From assembly GCA_020184695.1 (NCBI GenBank), contig JAANOX010000047.1:186001-250000 (forward strand): 64,000 bases of DNA, written 5' to 3'. The notes under the pieces are model-generated. The model ran no database searches. It was given only the letters and a program-made list of their open reading frames with translations, and was not told the DNA's origin. This DNA is from Histomonas meleagridis 2922-C6/04-290x. Taxonomy: Eukaryota > Protista > Parabasalia. The position numbers and the translations under genes are program-made. Numbering within the stretch: the stretch's first letter is position 1; each line of letters starts with the position of its first letter. Positions 48,325-59,879 of the stretch are shown in pieces.

Positions 48325-49506
48325 ATGAGCGCCATATATCAAACATTTCCTATTTGCGATCCAGAAAAATATGTCAAAACTAAAAACCTCATTTTTCTTA
48401 CACAAGAGCCATCTACCAATTTAATACTTATTCGCGATTTACGTCTTTATTATTCTCCCTATGATATTTGTAATTTTCTTCAACATTATAAAACAACCAC
48501 AAGTGCCATTTTACTACTTGGTCAACTTACGCCATCATTTGCACTTCTTGTCAAAACCAAATCAATCAAAGATGCAGTTGAAATAACCACCAAGATGCGA
48601 AAAAATCCATGTGCTATCTGTTCTATGGATCCCTTAGGTTTTGAATATGTTCATTCTTTTTCATTTGGTTCTAAGCATTTATCTCACATTTTAAATGATT
48701 TCTTAAATCCATCAGTTGACAATTGTCCCATTTGCCTCAATCAGTATTCTCAAGGGTCACAATTATTTTCTTTTCCATGTGGCCATACATTACATATCAA
48801 ATGTGCCTCAAGAATGAATCAATGGGAGTGTCCAATATGTCGTTATGCGCCAATATCATACTTTGGAGTAACCTGTTGTGAAGAATGTAATTCTTTTGAC
48901 CGACCTTTTATATGCTTATTATGTGCTCGATCATTTTGTCAAGAACATTGTTATTTACACTTCAAAAACACAGGCCACGCATATTGTAACTCGGCGGATG
49001 GTCGTGAAACGTGGAACTTAATGAGCGGTTCAAAGATGAAACGTATCGCATATGACAAAAGTGGTGAATATGTTGAGTTATGTGTTAACGAAGACCGACT
49101 TAAGAACTATTTAGAGTCAGCGCTTGAAGAACAAATACAAATTCATCATTCGTTAAGTCAACAACACATCAAACATCAGAGTGAAGTTCTTCAAAAGGAA
49201 AAAGAGAAATTATTACAAACAATTAAAGAAAAAGAAGAAAAAATTAAAGCAATGAAAAAAGAAATTAATGAAATACCACAGTTAAAAGCAAGATCAAAGG
49301 CCGCAAATTCTTGTTACAATTTCTTGAAAACAAGATTTGATGAAAGTAAAGAAATCATTAAGAAATTGGAAACGGAAAACGTGAAGTTGGTCGACGAGCT
49401 CCAAAATTTGGTGATGTTGAACGAAGACATGGAAAAAACAACATCAATTTCGGCGGCAGGATTACTGAAGGGACAAAACTCTGAGGTGCATATTAAGTTC
49501 GGATGA
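48325..49506 (+). CDS. BRAP2/ETP1-like RING plus ZnF-UBP ubiquitin ligase
   Basis: RING CPICL...CGHTLHIKC...CPICRY, ZnF-UBP C..C...FICLLC...HF..TGHAY, C-terminal coiled coil. Confidence 0.85.
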   Translation: MSAIYQTFPICDPEKYVKTKNLIFLTQEPSTNLILIRDLRLYYSPYDICNFLQHYKTTTSAILLLGQLTPSFALLVKTKSIKDAVEITTKMRKNPCAICSMDPLGFEYVHSFSFGSKHLSHILNDFLNPSVDNCPICLNQYSQGSQLFSFPCGHTLHIKCASRMNQWECPICRYAPISYFGVTCCEECNSFDRPFICLLCARSFCQEHCYLHFKNTGHAYCNSADGRETWNLMSGSKMKRIAYDKSGEYVELCVNEDRLKNYLESALEEQIQIHHSLSQQHIKHQSEVLQKEKEKLLQTIKEKEEKIKAMKKEINEIPQLKARSKAANSCYNFLKTRFDESKEIIKKLETENVKLVDELQNLVMLNEDMEKTTSISAAGLLKGQNSEVHIKFG

Positions 49507-50263
49507 TGAGTAATTATTTTTCGTTCATGAAATGTAATTTTGTTTGGCGATTAATAAAATATTGTTTTGTTTTGGTTAATTTGATATGTAATGGCTCTAA
49601 AAAGAAAAGTCAAAATTTGAAAATTTCATTATAAAATAGAAAAATTTACATACTATGAACAAGCCTTTTGGATTTCCTTTTGGAACCATTTAATAATTTT
49701 CCAGTAAAATAAAAAAAATTGAAATATTTCCAAAAATTATTAATTGGGGTAGAAATATAATAACTAAAAAATGGTTCACGTCAAGGTAAAAAAATTGGCT
49801 TCTTGCATGAAAATTATACTTCCTTTTCTTTTCAGCTTGAATGTTTAAGAATAATCACATTAAAATTCAAATAACAAGATAATTAAAATTAGCAGATCGC
49901 AAAAGTATAAAGAACATATGCTTAAAATATCTGGCTAGTGAAAAAAAGCTTTTGGTAAAGCAACTTTTATTTTACCTATCGGAAGTTATCTGAACGATAA
50001 ATCAGGCAACAACCACCCATAAAAAAACGATAAGTATTCAAAAATAATCCCTTTTTCAACAGTTCCACCTCACTTTGTTGTGTGAAAACCCCCTGAAACC
50101 GATGACTTTGTTGAGTACCAACGGTACAGTTTTTAATTCAAAACATGTCAATAGGAATGACACTTTTATATGCAAGTCAGCAAGAACGACAAGGATTTTG
50201 AGAGCATCGTGTTCACACCCATTGAAATAGCCGTGTTTCAACATTTTTTTCAGTTGACTGGCA

Positions 50264-51742
50264 ATGCTTGCTTCAACATTTGCACACCACTCTCGCTCCT
50301 TTGTTGAGAGGTCAAAAAACTTTGTTTTTGATGACTCAATCGTAAGGAAGGGAGTTATAAAGGCACAATATGCAGTCCGTGGTGATATTATCATCAAACA
50401 AGGAGAACTTATCGAGCAAATGAAAAAGGGTGTAAAGATGCCCTTCAAAGACTTTATCCCTTGTAACATTGGAAACCCTTTTGCTGTAGGTAAAAAGTCA
50501 TTAACATTTACAAGGCAACTTGTCGCTGCTGTAGAGTTCCCTGAGTTAATGGACAAAGGCGTACTTCCTGATGAAGTATGCCAACGAGCTAAACAATTCC
50601 TTGCATCTGCAAATATTGGCGCTTATTCACCATCCCCAGGCGTTCAACTTGTCCGTGAAGACATTGCACGCTTCATACAGAGGAGAGATGGCTATGAATG
50701 CAAACCTCAGAATATATTTCTCACTGAAGGTGCATCTCAAGCTGTTCAAACAATTCTTGATATGATCATTAGCGATCCAAACGTTGGTATTCTTCTTCCA
50801 TTCCCAACATATCCACTTTACACAGCCACAATTGATCTTTACAATGGAAAACTTGTTCCAATATATCTCAATGAAGATAAAGGCTGGGAATTTAATGTTG
50901 AAGAACTTGAAAAAACTTATCAGGAAACAGCGCGCAAAGGAGTTGATCCACGTGCATTAGTTGTTATTAATCCTGGAAATCCAACTGGTCGTGTATTATC
51001 ACAATCCAACATGGAAAAGATTGTTGACTTCTGTGAGGCTCATCAAGTTATGCTTTTAGCCGATGAAGTATATCAAGATAACATATATGATCCAAATCAT
51101 AAATTTGTCTCATTTAAGAAAGTATGCATGCAAAAGGGCACACGCTTCCCATTGTTCTCCTTCCATTCCATTTCTAAAGGTTTCATGGGTGAATGTGGTC
51201 ATCGTGCAGGATATCTTGAAGCTATCAATGTTCATCAAAAGTTCTATGATCAACTTAACAAACTTCGTTCCATTAATCTTTCGTCCAATAGCGTTGGTCA
51301 GCTTCTTTTCAGTGCATATTGCAATCCACCCAAATCACCCGAATGCAAACGAATTTGGGACAGTGAAGTCAAAGGCGAAATAGCATCACTTGCAAAGAAG
51401 TCAAAGATTCTTGTTGAGGGTCTTAATAAGATTAATGGAATTCATTCCCAACCTGTCAATAGTGCAATGTATAGTTTCCCACGATTAAATCTTCCAAAGA
51501 AAGCAATAGAAGCTGCAAGCAAATCATATTTCCATGGAAAACAACTTAAGCCAGATTCATTTTGGTGTATGAAATTACTCGAGGCAACTGGAATTGTCGT
51601 AGTTCCTGGCTCAGGCCATGGCCAAGTTGAAGGAACTTATCACTTTAGGACGACTTTCTTGCCAACTGAACAAAAGATTAAGGAATGCATCGAAAGAATG
51701 ACTGACTTCCAAACCAAATTCATGCAGCAATATGCTGACTAA
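50264..51742 (+). CDS. Alanine aminotransferase (PLP-dependent, class I/II)
   Basis: YAVRG, CNIGNP, INPGNPTG, LLADEVYQDN, FHSISKGFMGECGHR, PGSGHGQVEGTYHFRTTFLP. Confidence 0.95.
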   Translation: MLASTFAHHSRSFVERSKNFVFDDSIVRKGVIKAQYAVRGDIIIKQGELIEQMKKGVKMPFKDFIPCNIGNPFAVGKKSLTFTRQLVAAVEFPELMDKGVLPDEVCQRAKQFLASANIGAYSPSPGVQLVREDIARFIQRRDGYECKPQNIFLTEGASQAVQTILDMIISDPNVGILLPFPTYPLYTATIDLYNGKLVPIYLNEDKGWEFNVEELEKTYQETARKGVDPRALVVINPGNPTGRVLSQSNMEKIVDFCEAHQVMLLADEVYQDNIYDPNHKFVSFKKVCMQKGTRFPLFSFHSISKGFMGECGHRAGYLEAINVHQKFYDQLNKLRSINLSSNSVGQLLFSAYCNPPKSPECKRIWDSEVKGEIASLAKKSKILVEGLNKINGIHSQPVNSAMYSFPRLNLPKKAIEAASKSYFHGKQLKPDSFWCMKLLEATGIVVVPGSGHGQVEGTYHFRTTFLPTEQKIKECIERMTDFQTKFMQQYAD

Positions 51743-52350
51743 AGAATTCATGCAATTGGTTAATTTAATGTGAAAAAACATGTGTATATAAAAATGTAAA
51801 AAATATAAAATTTGACTTTATATGAATTGAATGCGAAACGATTATATCGCACTCAATTGTTGCGGATTGCTTCGATTTTAAGTTTCATCCGCCTTTGATG
51901 ATTTGCATTATGAGACCAATTTCCAGGTGTAGTTCATTTGATACATTATGTAAATTTATCTTTTGAAAAAAAGAATAAAATGAAATGATTAATTTCAATC
52001 TAATGAAATCACAGATTTTAGAATGTGTTGATTTTAACAAAAAACCGAAGATGATATTTCGATTTTACGATTCATTTTCCTATTGCAATTAAAGCAGCAA
52101 GAATGATCTTGAAAAGTGACGAATTGACTAATTGGTGTTCGAAAGGGTTTGTTTAAACTTTATTGAATTTTTCAAGGTTACAAACTGTCATATGACGTAA
52201 TGCAAAAGTGTTGTCATTGTTTCAGCAAATTTTTCAGTACATTTTTAAATTATGCCCAACATTTCAAATGGTTATTTTATTGAAAATTTTGTGGGGATCT
52301 TTTTTTTTTTAGGAGTTTACAAAATTTTATAATCTGACCACAAGAAGCAA

Positions 52351-55300
52351 ATGGCGTGCGTGCTTTTTTTTGCAATGGTTCTCGTGTTTTGGGAGTCCAC
52401 TCAAAGTTGCAGCCAAAAGGCACTTCTCCTTAATGATGCTTTTTGCCAAAATAATCATCATTCTTTTTCATTGGAAAATCCATTTTTATGCAATAGCAAA
52501 GAATTTTTTATCAATCATATTTTACATTATTTTGCCGGCTTATTCATCATTTCTTTCTCTTTCATACTTTTTAAGCATATCAAATTAGAACCTTTCCTTC
52601 AAAATTCTTTTGTTGGCAAAATATGTAAGCAAAAACAATTTTGTATAATTCCTATAATGTTTGCTATTTTTTATATGCATACATTTGAGGTTTTCGATGC
52701 TGATACAAAAACACTTTATATAACAGATTCTAGTGAATTCACAGAAGATTACAAAGATAAAGCGTTACACCTTAACATTAATGGTGATTTTACGATTGGT
52801 TATTATGCATTTTATAATTGGGATATGCTGATTTCTGTTGAAATCGGAGATTTGGTCACTGCAATTGAAGGTAGTGCGTTCGAACAATGTGATAATATAA
52901 AAACAATTACAATTGGCAAAAGCGTAAATACCATTGGTGATTTTGCATTTAAAGAATGTGTTTCACTTACCGATGTAGTGTTTCCAAGCTCAGTTACTTC
53001 AATTGGAACCAATTCATTTCAGCATTGTTATTCATTAACAAATGTTACAATTCCGAGTACCCTTACTTCACTTGCTGTAGGTGTATTTAGTAAATGCATA
53101 AGCCTGGAGAATATTATAGTAGATGAAAACAATCCAAATTATGCAAATTATAATAATGATGGAGTTATTTACGATAAAGCTTTAAATAAAATCATTGAAT
53201 ATCCAGCAGGGAAAAAAAGCGAAACATATATAATTCCGGATACTGTAACTGCAATTGAATATTATGCATTTGATTCAAGTTATTATTTAAAAAATGTGAC
53301 AATTACAACTTCTGTCACTACAATAAATAACTATGCATTTTATAATTGCACAAGTTTAGAATATATTAATGGAAATTTAGCTCAAATATCAGATAATATG
53401 TTCCAATACTGCTCTTCATTAAGAAATATAACAATTTCAAGTCCTGTAACTTTTATTAGTTCATATGCCTTCCAATCATGCACAAGTTTAGAGTGTGTGA
53501 CAATTGGAGAATCAGTTACAACAATTGAGTATAATGTTTTCCAATTTTGCGATTCATTAGTTAATATCACAATTCCTAAATCAGTAACTTCAATTGGCTA
53601 TGGATCTTTTGCATCATGTCATAACTTGCAGTGCATTATAGTTGATGAAAATAATCCAAACTATGCAAATTTGGAGAATGATGGAATTCTTTATACTAAA
53701 GATTTTAACAAAATCATAAGTTATCCTGCAGGAAAAACAATTGAAACATATATAACTCCTGATACTGTGACTGAACTTGAGCTTTATGCATTTTATTCAT
53801 GTTATAATTTAGAAAGTATTACAATATCAAATTTGGTAACAATTGGAAATTATGCATTTCAATATTGCTATAATTTATCGACAATTGTTTTTGGTGAAAA
53901 ATTAACTACAATCGGAAATTTTGGATTTAATACGTGTTCTTCACTTAAAAATGTTACATTACCAAATTCATTGACTTCTTTGGGAACATACGTATTTCGA
54001 TATTGTAATGATTTGGAAGTTATTTTTATTGGTGATAATGTTCAAACAATAAACATAGGAACTTTCCAATTTTGTTATAATTTATGTCACGCTCATATTG
54101 GTAAAGGCGTTACTAAAATAAATGGATATGCATTTAACAATTGCAACAAGCTTTCGTGTATTTATTTTTATGGTGAAAATGAGCCAACATTTGGTAGTAG
54201 TGTATTTACTTATGTTCCTGCAACAATTGTAATGACATTGAATACATTTACGGGTACAAAATTCGGTGATTTATCTGTAACTGTTGGAACACTTGACGAA
54301 TGTCTTCCGCCAACGGGAACATTCACACAATCAAACACATTCTCAAATACATTTACACGAAGTAATACATTCTCTCAAAGTAACACATTCTCTCAGTCAA
54401 ATACATTTTCTCAATCAAATACATTCTCTCAAAGTAATACATTTAGTCAAAGTAACACATTTTCTCAATCAAATACATTTAGTCAAAGTAACACATTTAG
54501 TCAAAGTAATACATTTAGTCAAAGTAACACATTCTCTCAGTCAAATACATACTCTCAAAGTAATACATTTTCTCAATCAAATACATTTAGTCAAAGTAAT
54601 ACATTCTCTCAAAGTAATACATTTAGTCAAAGTAATACATTTAGTCAAAGTAACACATTCTCTCAGTCAAATACATTCTCTCAATCAAATACATTTAGTC
54701 AAAGTAATACATTCTCTCAAAGTAATACATTCTCTCAATCAAATACATTTAGTCAAAGTAATACATTCTCTCAATCAAATACATTCTCTCAAAGTAATAC
54801 ATTCTCTCAAAGTAATACATTCTCTCAAAGTAATACATTCTCTCAAAGTAATACATTTTCTCAATCAAACACATTTAGTCAAAGTAATACATTTAGTCAA
54901 AGTAACACATTCTCTCAAAGTAATACATTCTCTCAAAGTAATACATTTTCTCAATCAAACACATTTAGTCAAAGTAATACATTCTCTCAATCAAATACAT
55001 TCTCTCAAAGTAATACATTCTCTCAAAGTAATACATTCTCTCAAAGTAATACATTCTCTCAAAGTAATACATTTTCTCAATCAAACACATTTAGTCAAAG
55101 TAATACATTTAGTCAAAGTAACACATTCTCTCAAAGTAATACATTCTCTCAAAGTAATACATTCTCTCAATCAAATACATTTAGTCAAAGTAATACATTC
55201 TCTCAATCAAATACATTCTCTCAAAGTAATACATTCTCTCAAAGTAATACATTCTCTCAAAGTAATACATTCTCTCAAAGTAATACATTCTCTCAATCAA

Positions 55301-56775
55301 ATACATTTAGTCAAAGTAATACATTCTCTCAATCAAATACATTCTCTCAAAGTAATACATTCTCTCAAAGTAATACATTCTCTCAAAGTAATACATTCTC
55401 TCAAAGTAATACATTTTCTCAATCAAACACATTTAGTCAAAGTAATACATTTAGTCAAAGTAACACATTCTCTCAAAGTAACACATTCTCTCAGTCAAAC
55501 ACATTTAGTCAAAGTAACACATTCTCTCAAAGTAATACATTCTCTCAAAGTAATACATTCTCTCAATCAAATACATTTAGTCAAAGTAATACATTCTCTC
55601 AAAGTAATACATTTTCTCAATCAAACACATTTAGTCAAAGTAATACATTCTCTCAAAGTAATACATTCTCTCAAAGTAATACATTCTCTCAAAGTAATAC
55701 ATTTTCTCAATCAAACACATTTTCTCAATCAAATACATTTAGTCAAAGTAATACATTCTCTCAAAGTAATACATTCTCTCAAAGTAATCCATTCTCTCAA
55801 AGTAATACATTTTCTCAATCAAACACATTCTCTCAATCAAATACATTTAGTCAAAGTAACACATTCTCTCAGTCAAACACATTCTCTCAGTCAAACACAT
55901 TTTCTCAAAGTAACACATTCTCTCAAAGTAACACATTCTCTCAATCAAATACATTTAGTCAAAGTAGCACATTCTCTCAGTCAAATACATTTAGTCAAAG
56001 TAATACATTTTCTCAATCAAATACATTTAGTCAGTCAAATACATTTACGCAAAGTAACACATTCTCTCAAAGTAATACATTATCTCAATCAAACACATTT
56101 TCTCAATCAAATACATTTACTCAAAGTAACGCATTCTCTCAAAGTAATACATTTTCTCAGTCAATTATATTCTCACAAAGTAATACATTCACTCCGTCAA
56201 ACATATCCACCCGATCGAATGCATTTTCTAGATCAAATACTTTCACCCGATCGAACACATTTTCGCCATCGAGCGCATTCACACCATCCTATGCCTTCAC
56301 TCGCTCGAACACGTTTCTTCCACCCGATGCGACGTACTCCAAGTCGATTGTATTGGTGTACACTAATTCTGTCACGCGCACCATCACATACTCCAACTTC
56401 GTCTCCGCCTCCTTGTTGCTGACATTTATTTCGTCATCGTACACGTACACTGTCACGAAGTACTTGTTCTACGATTACACAGTTGTCCACTTTTCATCAT
56501 ATTACAGTTATTACTCAGACTTCTACACAGTACTGGAGCACAACGAGCAAGAGCAAACACAGAATGTCAGTAACAGCGTTTTAATTGGCGTTATCTGCGG
56601 CTCCGTTGCAGCTGTGCTTCTGATTGTCGGAGTTGTTATTTTCATTTTCAAGCGCAGTAAAGTGAATGTCGAAATGTCAACAAGCGCAACGACAGCTGAA
56701 GAATTCACGCAGAAAGAGAAAATTGATTTTGATCTAATCGATTTCATTCGTAATGAGAATGATCAATGGCTATAG
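52351..56775 (+). CDS. BspA-like TpLRR (LRR_5) surface protein with SQSNTF stalk, TM segment and short cytosolic tail
   Basis: Repeated IG..AF..C..L..V.IP.SVT.I motifs, a hexapeptide stalk, TM VLIGVICGSVAAVLLIVGVVIFIF, acidic tail. The true start may be a later Met. Confidence 0.93.
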   Translation: MACVLFFAMVLVFWESTQSCSQKALLLNDAFCQNNHHSFSLENPFLCNSKEFFINHILHYFAGLFIISFSFILFKHIKLEPFLQNSFVGKICKQKQFCIIPIMFAIFYMHTFEVFDADTKTLYITDSSEFTEDYKDKALHLNINGDFTIGYYAFYNWDMLISVEIGDLVTAIEGSAFEQCDNIKTITIGKSVNTIGDFAFKECVSLTDVVFPSSVTSIGTNSFQHCYSLTNVTIPSTLTSLAVGVFSKCISLENIIVDENNPNYANYNNDGVIYDKALNKIIEYPAGKKSETYIIPDTVTAIEYYAFDSSYYLKNVTITTSVTTINNYAFYNCTSLEYINGNLAQISDNMFQYCSSLRNITISSPVTFISSYAFQSCTSLECVTIGESVTTIEYNVFQFCDSLVNITIPKSVTSIGYGSFASCHNLQCIIVDENNPNYANLENDGILYTKDFNKIISYPAGKTIETYITPDTVTELELYAFYSCYNLESITISNLVTIGNYAFQYCYNLSTIVFGEKLTTIGNFGFNTCSSLKNVTLPNSLTSLGTYVFRYCNDLEVIFIGDNVQTINIGTFQFCYNLCHAHIGKGVTKINGYAFNNCNKLSCIYFYGENEPTFGSSVFTYVPATIVMTLNTFTGTKFGDLSVTVGTLDECLPPTGTFTQSNTFSNTFTRSNTFSQSNTFSQSNTFSQSNTFSQSNTFSQSNTFSQSNTFSQSNTFSQSNTFSQSNTFSQSNTYSQSNTFSQSNTFSQSNTFSQSNTFSQSNTFSQSNTFSQSNTFSQSNTFSQSNTFSQSNTFSQSNTFSQSNTFSQSNTFSQSNTFSQSNTFSQSNTFSQSNTFSQSNTFSQSNTFSQSNTFSQSNTFSQSNTFSQSNTFSQSNTFSQSNTFSQSNTFSQSNTFSQSNTFSQSNTFSQSNTFSQSNTFSQSNTFSQSNTFSQSNTFSQSNTFSQSNTFSQSNTFSQSNTFSQSNTFSQSNTFSQSNTFSQSNTFSQSNTFSQSNTFSQSNTFSQSNTFSQSNTFSQSNTFSQSNTFSQSNTFSQSNTFSQSNTFSQSNTFSQSNTFSQSNTFSQSNTFSQSNTFSQSNTFSQSNTFSQSNTFSQSNTFSQSNTFSQSNTFSQSNTFSQSNTFSQSNTFSQSNTFSQSNTFSQSNPFSQSNTFSQSNTFSQSNTFSQSNTFSQSNTFSQSNTFSQSNTFSQSNTFSQSNTFSQSSTFSQSNTFSQSNTFSQSNTFSQSNTFTQSNTFSQSNTLSQSNTFSQSNTFTQSNAFSQSNTFSQSIIFSQSNTFTPSNISTRSNAFSRSNTFTRSNTFSPSSAFTPSYAFTRSNTFLPPDATYSKSIVLVYTNSVTRTITYSNFVSASLLLTFISSSYTYTVTKYLFYDYTVVHFSSYYSYYSDFYTVLEHNEQEQTQNVSNSVLIGVICGSVAAVLLIVGVVIFIFKRSKVNVEMSTSATTAEEFTQKEKIDFDLIDFIRNENDQWL
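54373..56190 (+). repeat. 18-bp coding minisatellite, 101 x SQSNTF
   Basis: 1818 nt = 101 units; synonymous variants (TCT/AGT, TCA/AGT, AAT/AAC, TTC/TTT) recur in blocks. Confidence 0.95.
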
Positions 56776-57334
56776 TTAGCTAACGGATAAACGTTTTGCT
56801 TGTAAGTAAATAATTTGTATCTAAATAATATGTAACGAATTCGATGATGTTAAAATGGAAAACAACAAATGCTTCGGCTGCAGTGTGTCGGATAACAGTT
56901 AAAATTGTGAAGAATAAATGTTTTAAATGGAAGTGAATGTTTTGTTGTTTGAAATTGCGTGTGCATTAGGAAACATTACAATGAAAACAGTTTATGATTG
57001 TAATCATGTTAATTCTATTAATATCATTATAATGAAAAATAATAATCACATGTAATAAATGTTATACCAAAGTAAATAATTTGCAAGAAAGTGTTTTTCA
57101 TATTGATTGAATATATTCAGAAGAAAATATTATGATCATGATATTAATGCAGAAAAAATCAAAGTTTTCCATACTAGAAAAAAACTTTATCACAAACAGA
57201 ATAACAAATTCCCATTATACGAACACAATGCATTAAAAATATCAAAAATGAAATTCAGATCTCGAATAAAATATACACAAATATTCAGTAAAAAAATAAA
57301 ATTGAAATTGATGGTGTTTACCAATTCCATGTTT

Positions 57335-58447
57335 TTAAGGTTTTTGATATGCACCAGTGAATAAAATTGTTCCATTCTTATTTGCTATTGTGAAAATGAA
57401 TGGATGGTCAGCAACGAATGTTGGTGGTTCTTTATTCGGAGAAATTAAACAAGTTTCCAATGTTTCAGCAGCTGTTGCAGCAGCAGCAGTTGTACCAGCT
57501 TCATTTACATCAATGTATGCCTTTTGTACGATATCATTAATATAAAATTGATCTTCTTCAGCTACGAACACGTCGGTAATTCCTAAATCATGTAAAACTC
57601 CTACAATAGATTTTGTTCCCCATTCGAATTTAAACTTTGGTATGTCTACTCTAACTTCTTCACGTCTAAGTTGTTTAATGTAACTTGCATATTGCATTGT
57701 TAATGAATCTTTTAATTTATTAAAGGAATTAATGTCTTTTTGTGTTGGAAGAAATATTTGCAGACAGTAATCACCATGATAATCCATACCAAGAATTTGT
57801 AAGTCGGAATTTTGGTAATACATAAAGTCAGAAGTCTCATGCATAAATTGAGTTTTTTCAGTTCCATTGAAATTATAAAATGTAAGATCTCGAGTGTAAT
57901 CAGGATCGAATTGATTAATCCATTCAGCATTGAAATAAAGTGCGTTGGTAATGACATACTTGCATTCTTCAAGATCAGAAGGTTGAAGGAGATCTTTGAT
58001 ACAGCCTTCTGTTAACTCAGATACTTTTTGATTGATTATATCACAACCAGGTTGAGGAAATTCAACTGGTGTAATTTTGATACCAAGATGATCTTTTAAT
58101 GGCTGCAAAAGATTTAGTTTGCCTTTTTTGGCATCTGGCCATATGTTATTGCAGCTTCGGATTGTGGCTTCTGAAGTGTCTTCAATCTTTTTGATTAATA
58201 TTTTAAGAGCAGAAAGAATTTCTTCTGGCGTCAAATCATCTTTCAGATGAAGTGCTTCTAATATTTGCTTTCGAGAAAATTCTGGGCATACAGAGGCTAC
58301 CATCATAAGAGTGACATAAGCCGAATAAGGGGAAATCACAATATTTTCATTATCTTTCAAGAGCGATGAAAGCATCTTGAAAGAAAGAACTTGTGCAGCA
58401 TTATTGCTGGCATCAGATGTAGTTGTTGAAGATGAGCTACCACCCAT
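57335..58447 (-). CDS. Serpin (serine protease inhibitor family I4)
   Basis: ENIVISPYS, NALYFNAEW, IPKFKF, hinge EAGTTAAAAT and PTFVADHPFIFTI; start MGGSSS at ATG 58447 after an Inr. Confidence 0.93.
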   Translation of the reverse strand: MGGSSSSTTTSDASNNAAQVLSFKMLSSLLKDNENIVISPYSAYVTLMMVASVCPEFSRKQILEALHLKDDLTPEEILSALKILIKKIEDTSEATIRSCNNIWPDAKKGKLNLLQPLKDHLGIKITPVEFPQPGCDIINQKVSELTEGCIKDLLQPSDLEECKYVITNALYFNAEWINQFDPDYTRDLTFYNFNGTEKTQFMHETSDFMYYQNSDLQILGMDYHGDYCLQIFLPTQKDINSFNKLKDSLTMQYASYIKQLRREEVRVDIPKFKFEWGTKSIVGVLHDLGITDVFVAEEDQFYINDIVQKAYIDVNEAGTTAAAATAAETLETCLISPNKEPPTFVADHPFIFTIANKNGTILFTGAYQKP

Positions 58448-59879
58448 AGTGAAATGAACCACTTTGATAAAAAAATTTCAGAAGTTCCATCGCAAAATTT
58501 ATTGAATTTTCATAGTTTAACATTGCGGTTTGATACATTTTTCATTGGTCGGTGTTAATTGCGGTTAAAAACAAAGAAAAAATTTCAGAGAGCGAAGCAA
58601 AATTTATCCAAAATTTGAGAGACTTGCATCGCTTTTATTTTGAAAATTTCTGTTCAGAATATTCCGCTTTTCAATCATATGATGCAATTTTTCGTCATTT
58701 TCACCAAAATTTATCAGGTTTCTGTCAAATTTGAATGCTTTATTGTTTGTTTTGTGAGCTGAAGTCCAAAACATTGTGCTCAGAAAAATTCAAAGGGTAC
58801 AGAAAAGGGCTTATCAAATTCAAACCGTCTTTAGGTTTCACCAAATTTTGTTCAATGCTTTGTTTTTTCCAGTTCTTTGTGCATATAAAGTGGAATATTG
58901 AGATGAATGGAATGTTTAATTATTACTGAAATCCTCAACAAAAATATTGAAGAAAAAATTCTACAGAATATTGGATAAGTTCACCATAATATAAATTATT
59001 TCTTGTTTAACATTTTCTTTATAGTTATAGATTTTCTTCATTTCTTCGTTATTTATTTCTTGACAATTTCCAAATTAAACATAAAAAGTGTTTTTAATGT
59101 TTCATGTTGATTAAAACTTTATCTTCTCTTTAGCTTTTAGTGTTGAAAGGTTATGATATTTTTTAAGATTATTAACTCAAAATTAGGATCCTCATTGACA
59201 AAGATCATATTTAAGAATACTTAGAAACATTTTAAGCTAAGGCGTTTGTCCTCCGTTTTGCTTTCGCTTTATTTTAGTCAAAATGGCATTCAATTACGAT
59301 TATCTTTAAATATATAATCTATTTTCCAATTAGAATGCTTTGAGGTTCTTTTTGAAATAAAGTCTCGACCTCGTCTTTATTTTTTTTGAATTTGTATAAG
59401 ATGTGGGACGAATGAACAAATTTCATGAAATCATGTTTTTAAACGTTCTTTAATCTGCCGTTTATTTGGTCTTGGCAAATTTTGTTTTTTTTTCTTCTTA
59501 GATATAAATGATTATATTTTGTTTGAAATCATGGGCAAATAGTTTATTACATCGTCTTTTTGTGAAAAAATTTTCATGATAAAACATATAAATACAATAA
59601 ACACCATGATTGCATTTAATTATATTTACCATCTAATGAGAACCAATTGAACATTTCTCGTAAAAATGGCTTCCGAAATGAACCAACTCTAATTTGTGTA
59701 AAGTAAGTTAATTATCTATAGATTAATGTGTTAATTCAATGAGAAAATTTGCACATATAAACATAACATAGAATTTGACAATGATCTAAAATAAAGAAAC
59801 ACATATTCATAAAAAAAAATCTTATGCAACTTCTCTTTTATTTTGAAAAGTTAAAACTTTCCTAATTTAGCTTTCCTTT

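Noticed and set aside
54284-56422. 712-aa overlapping ORF (LKVIHS repeats)
   Set aside because: A shadow frame of the 18-bp SQSNTF minisatellite, which has no stop in that frame.
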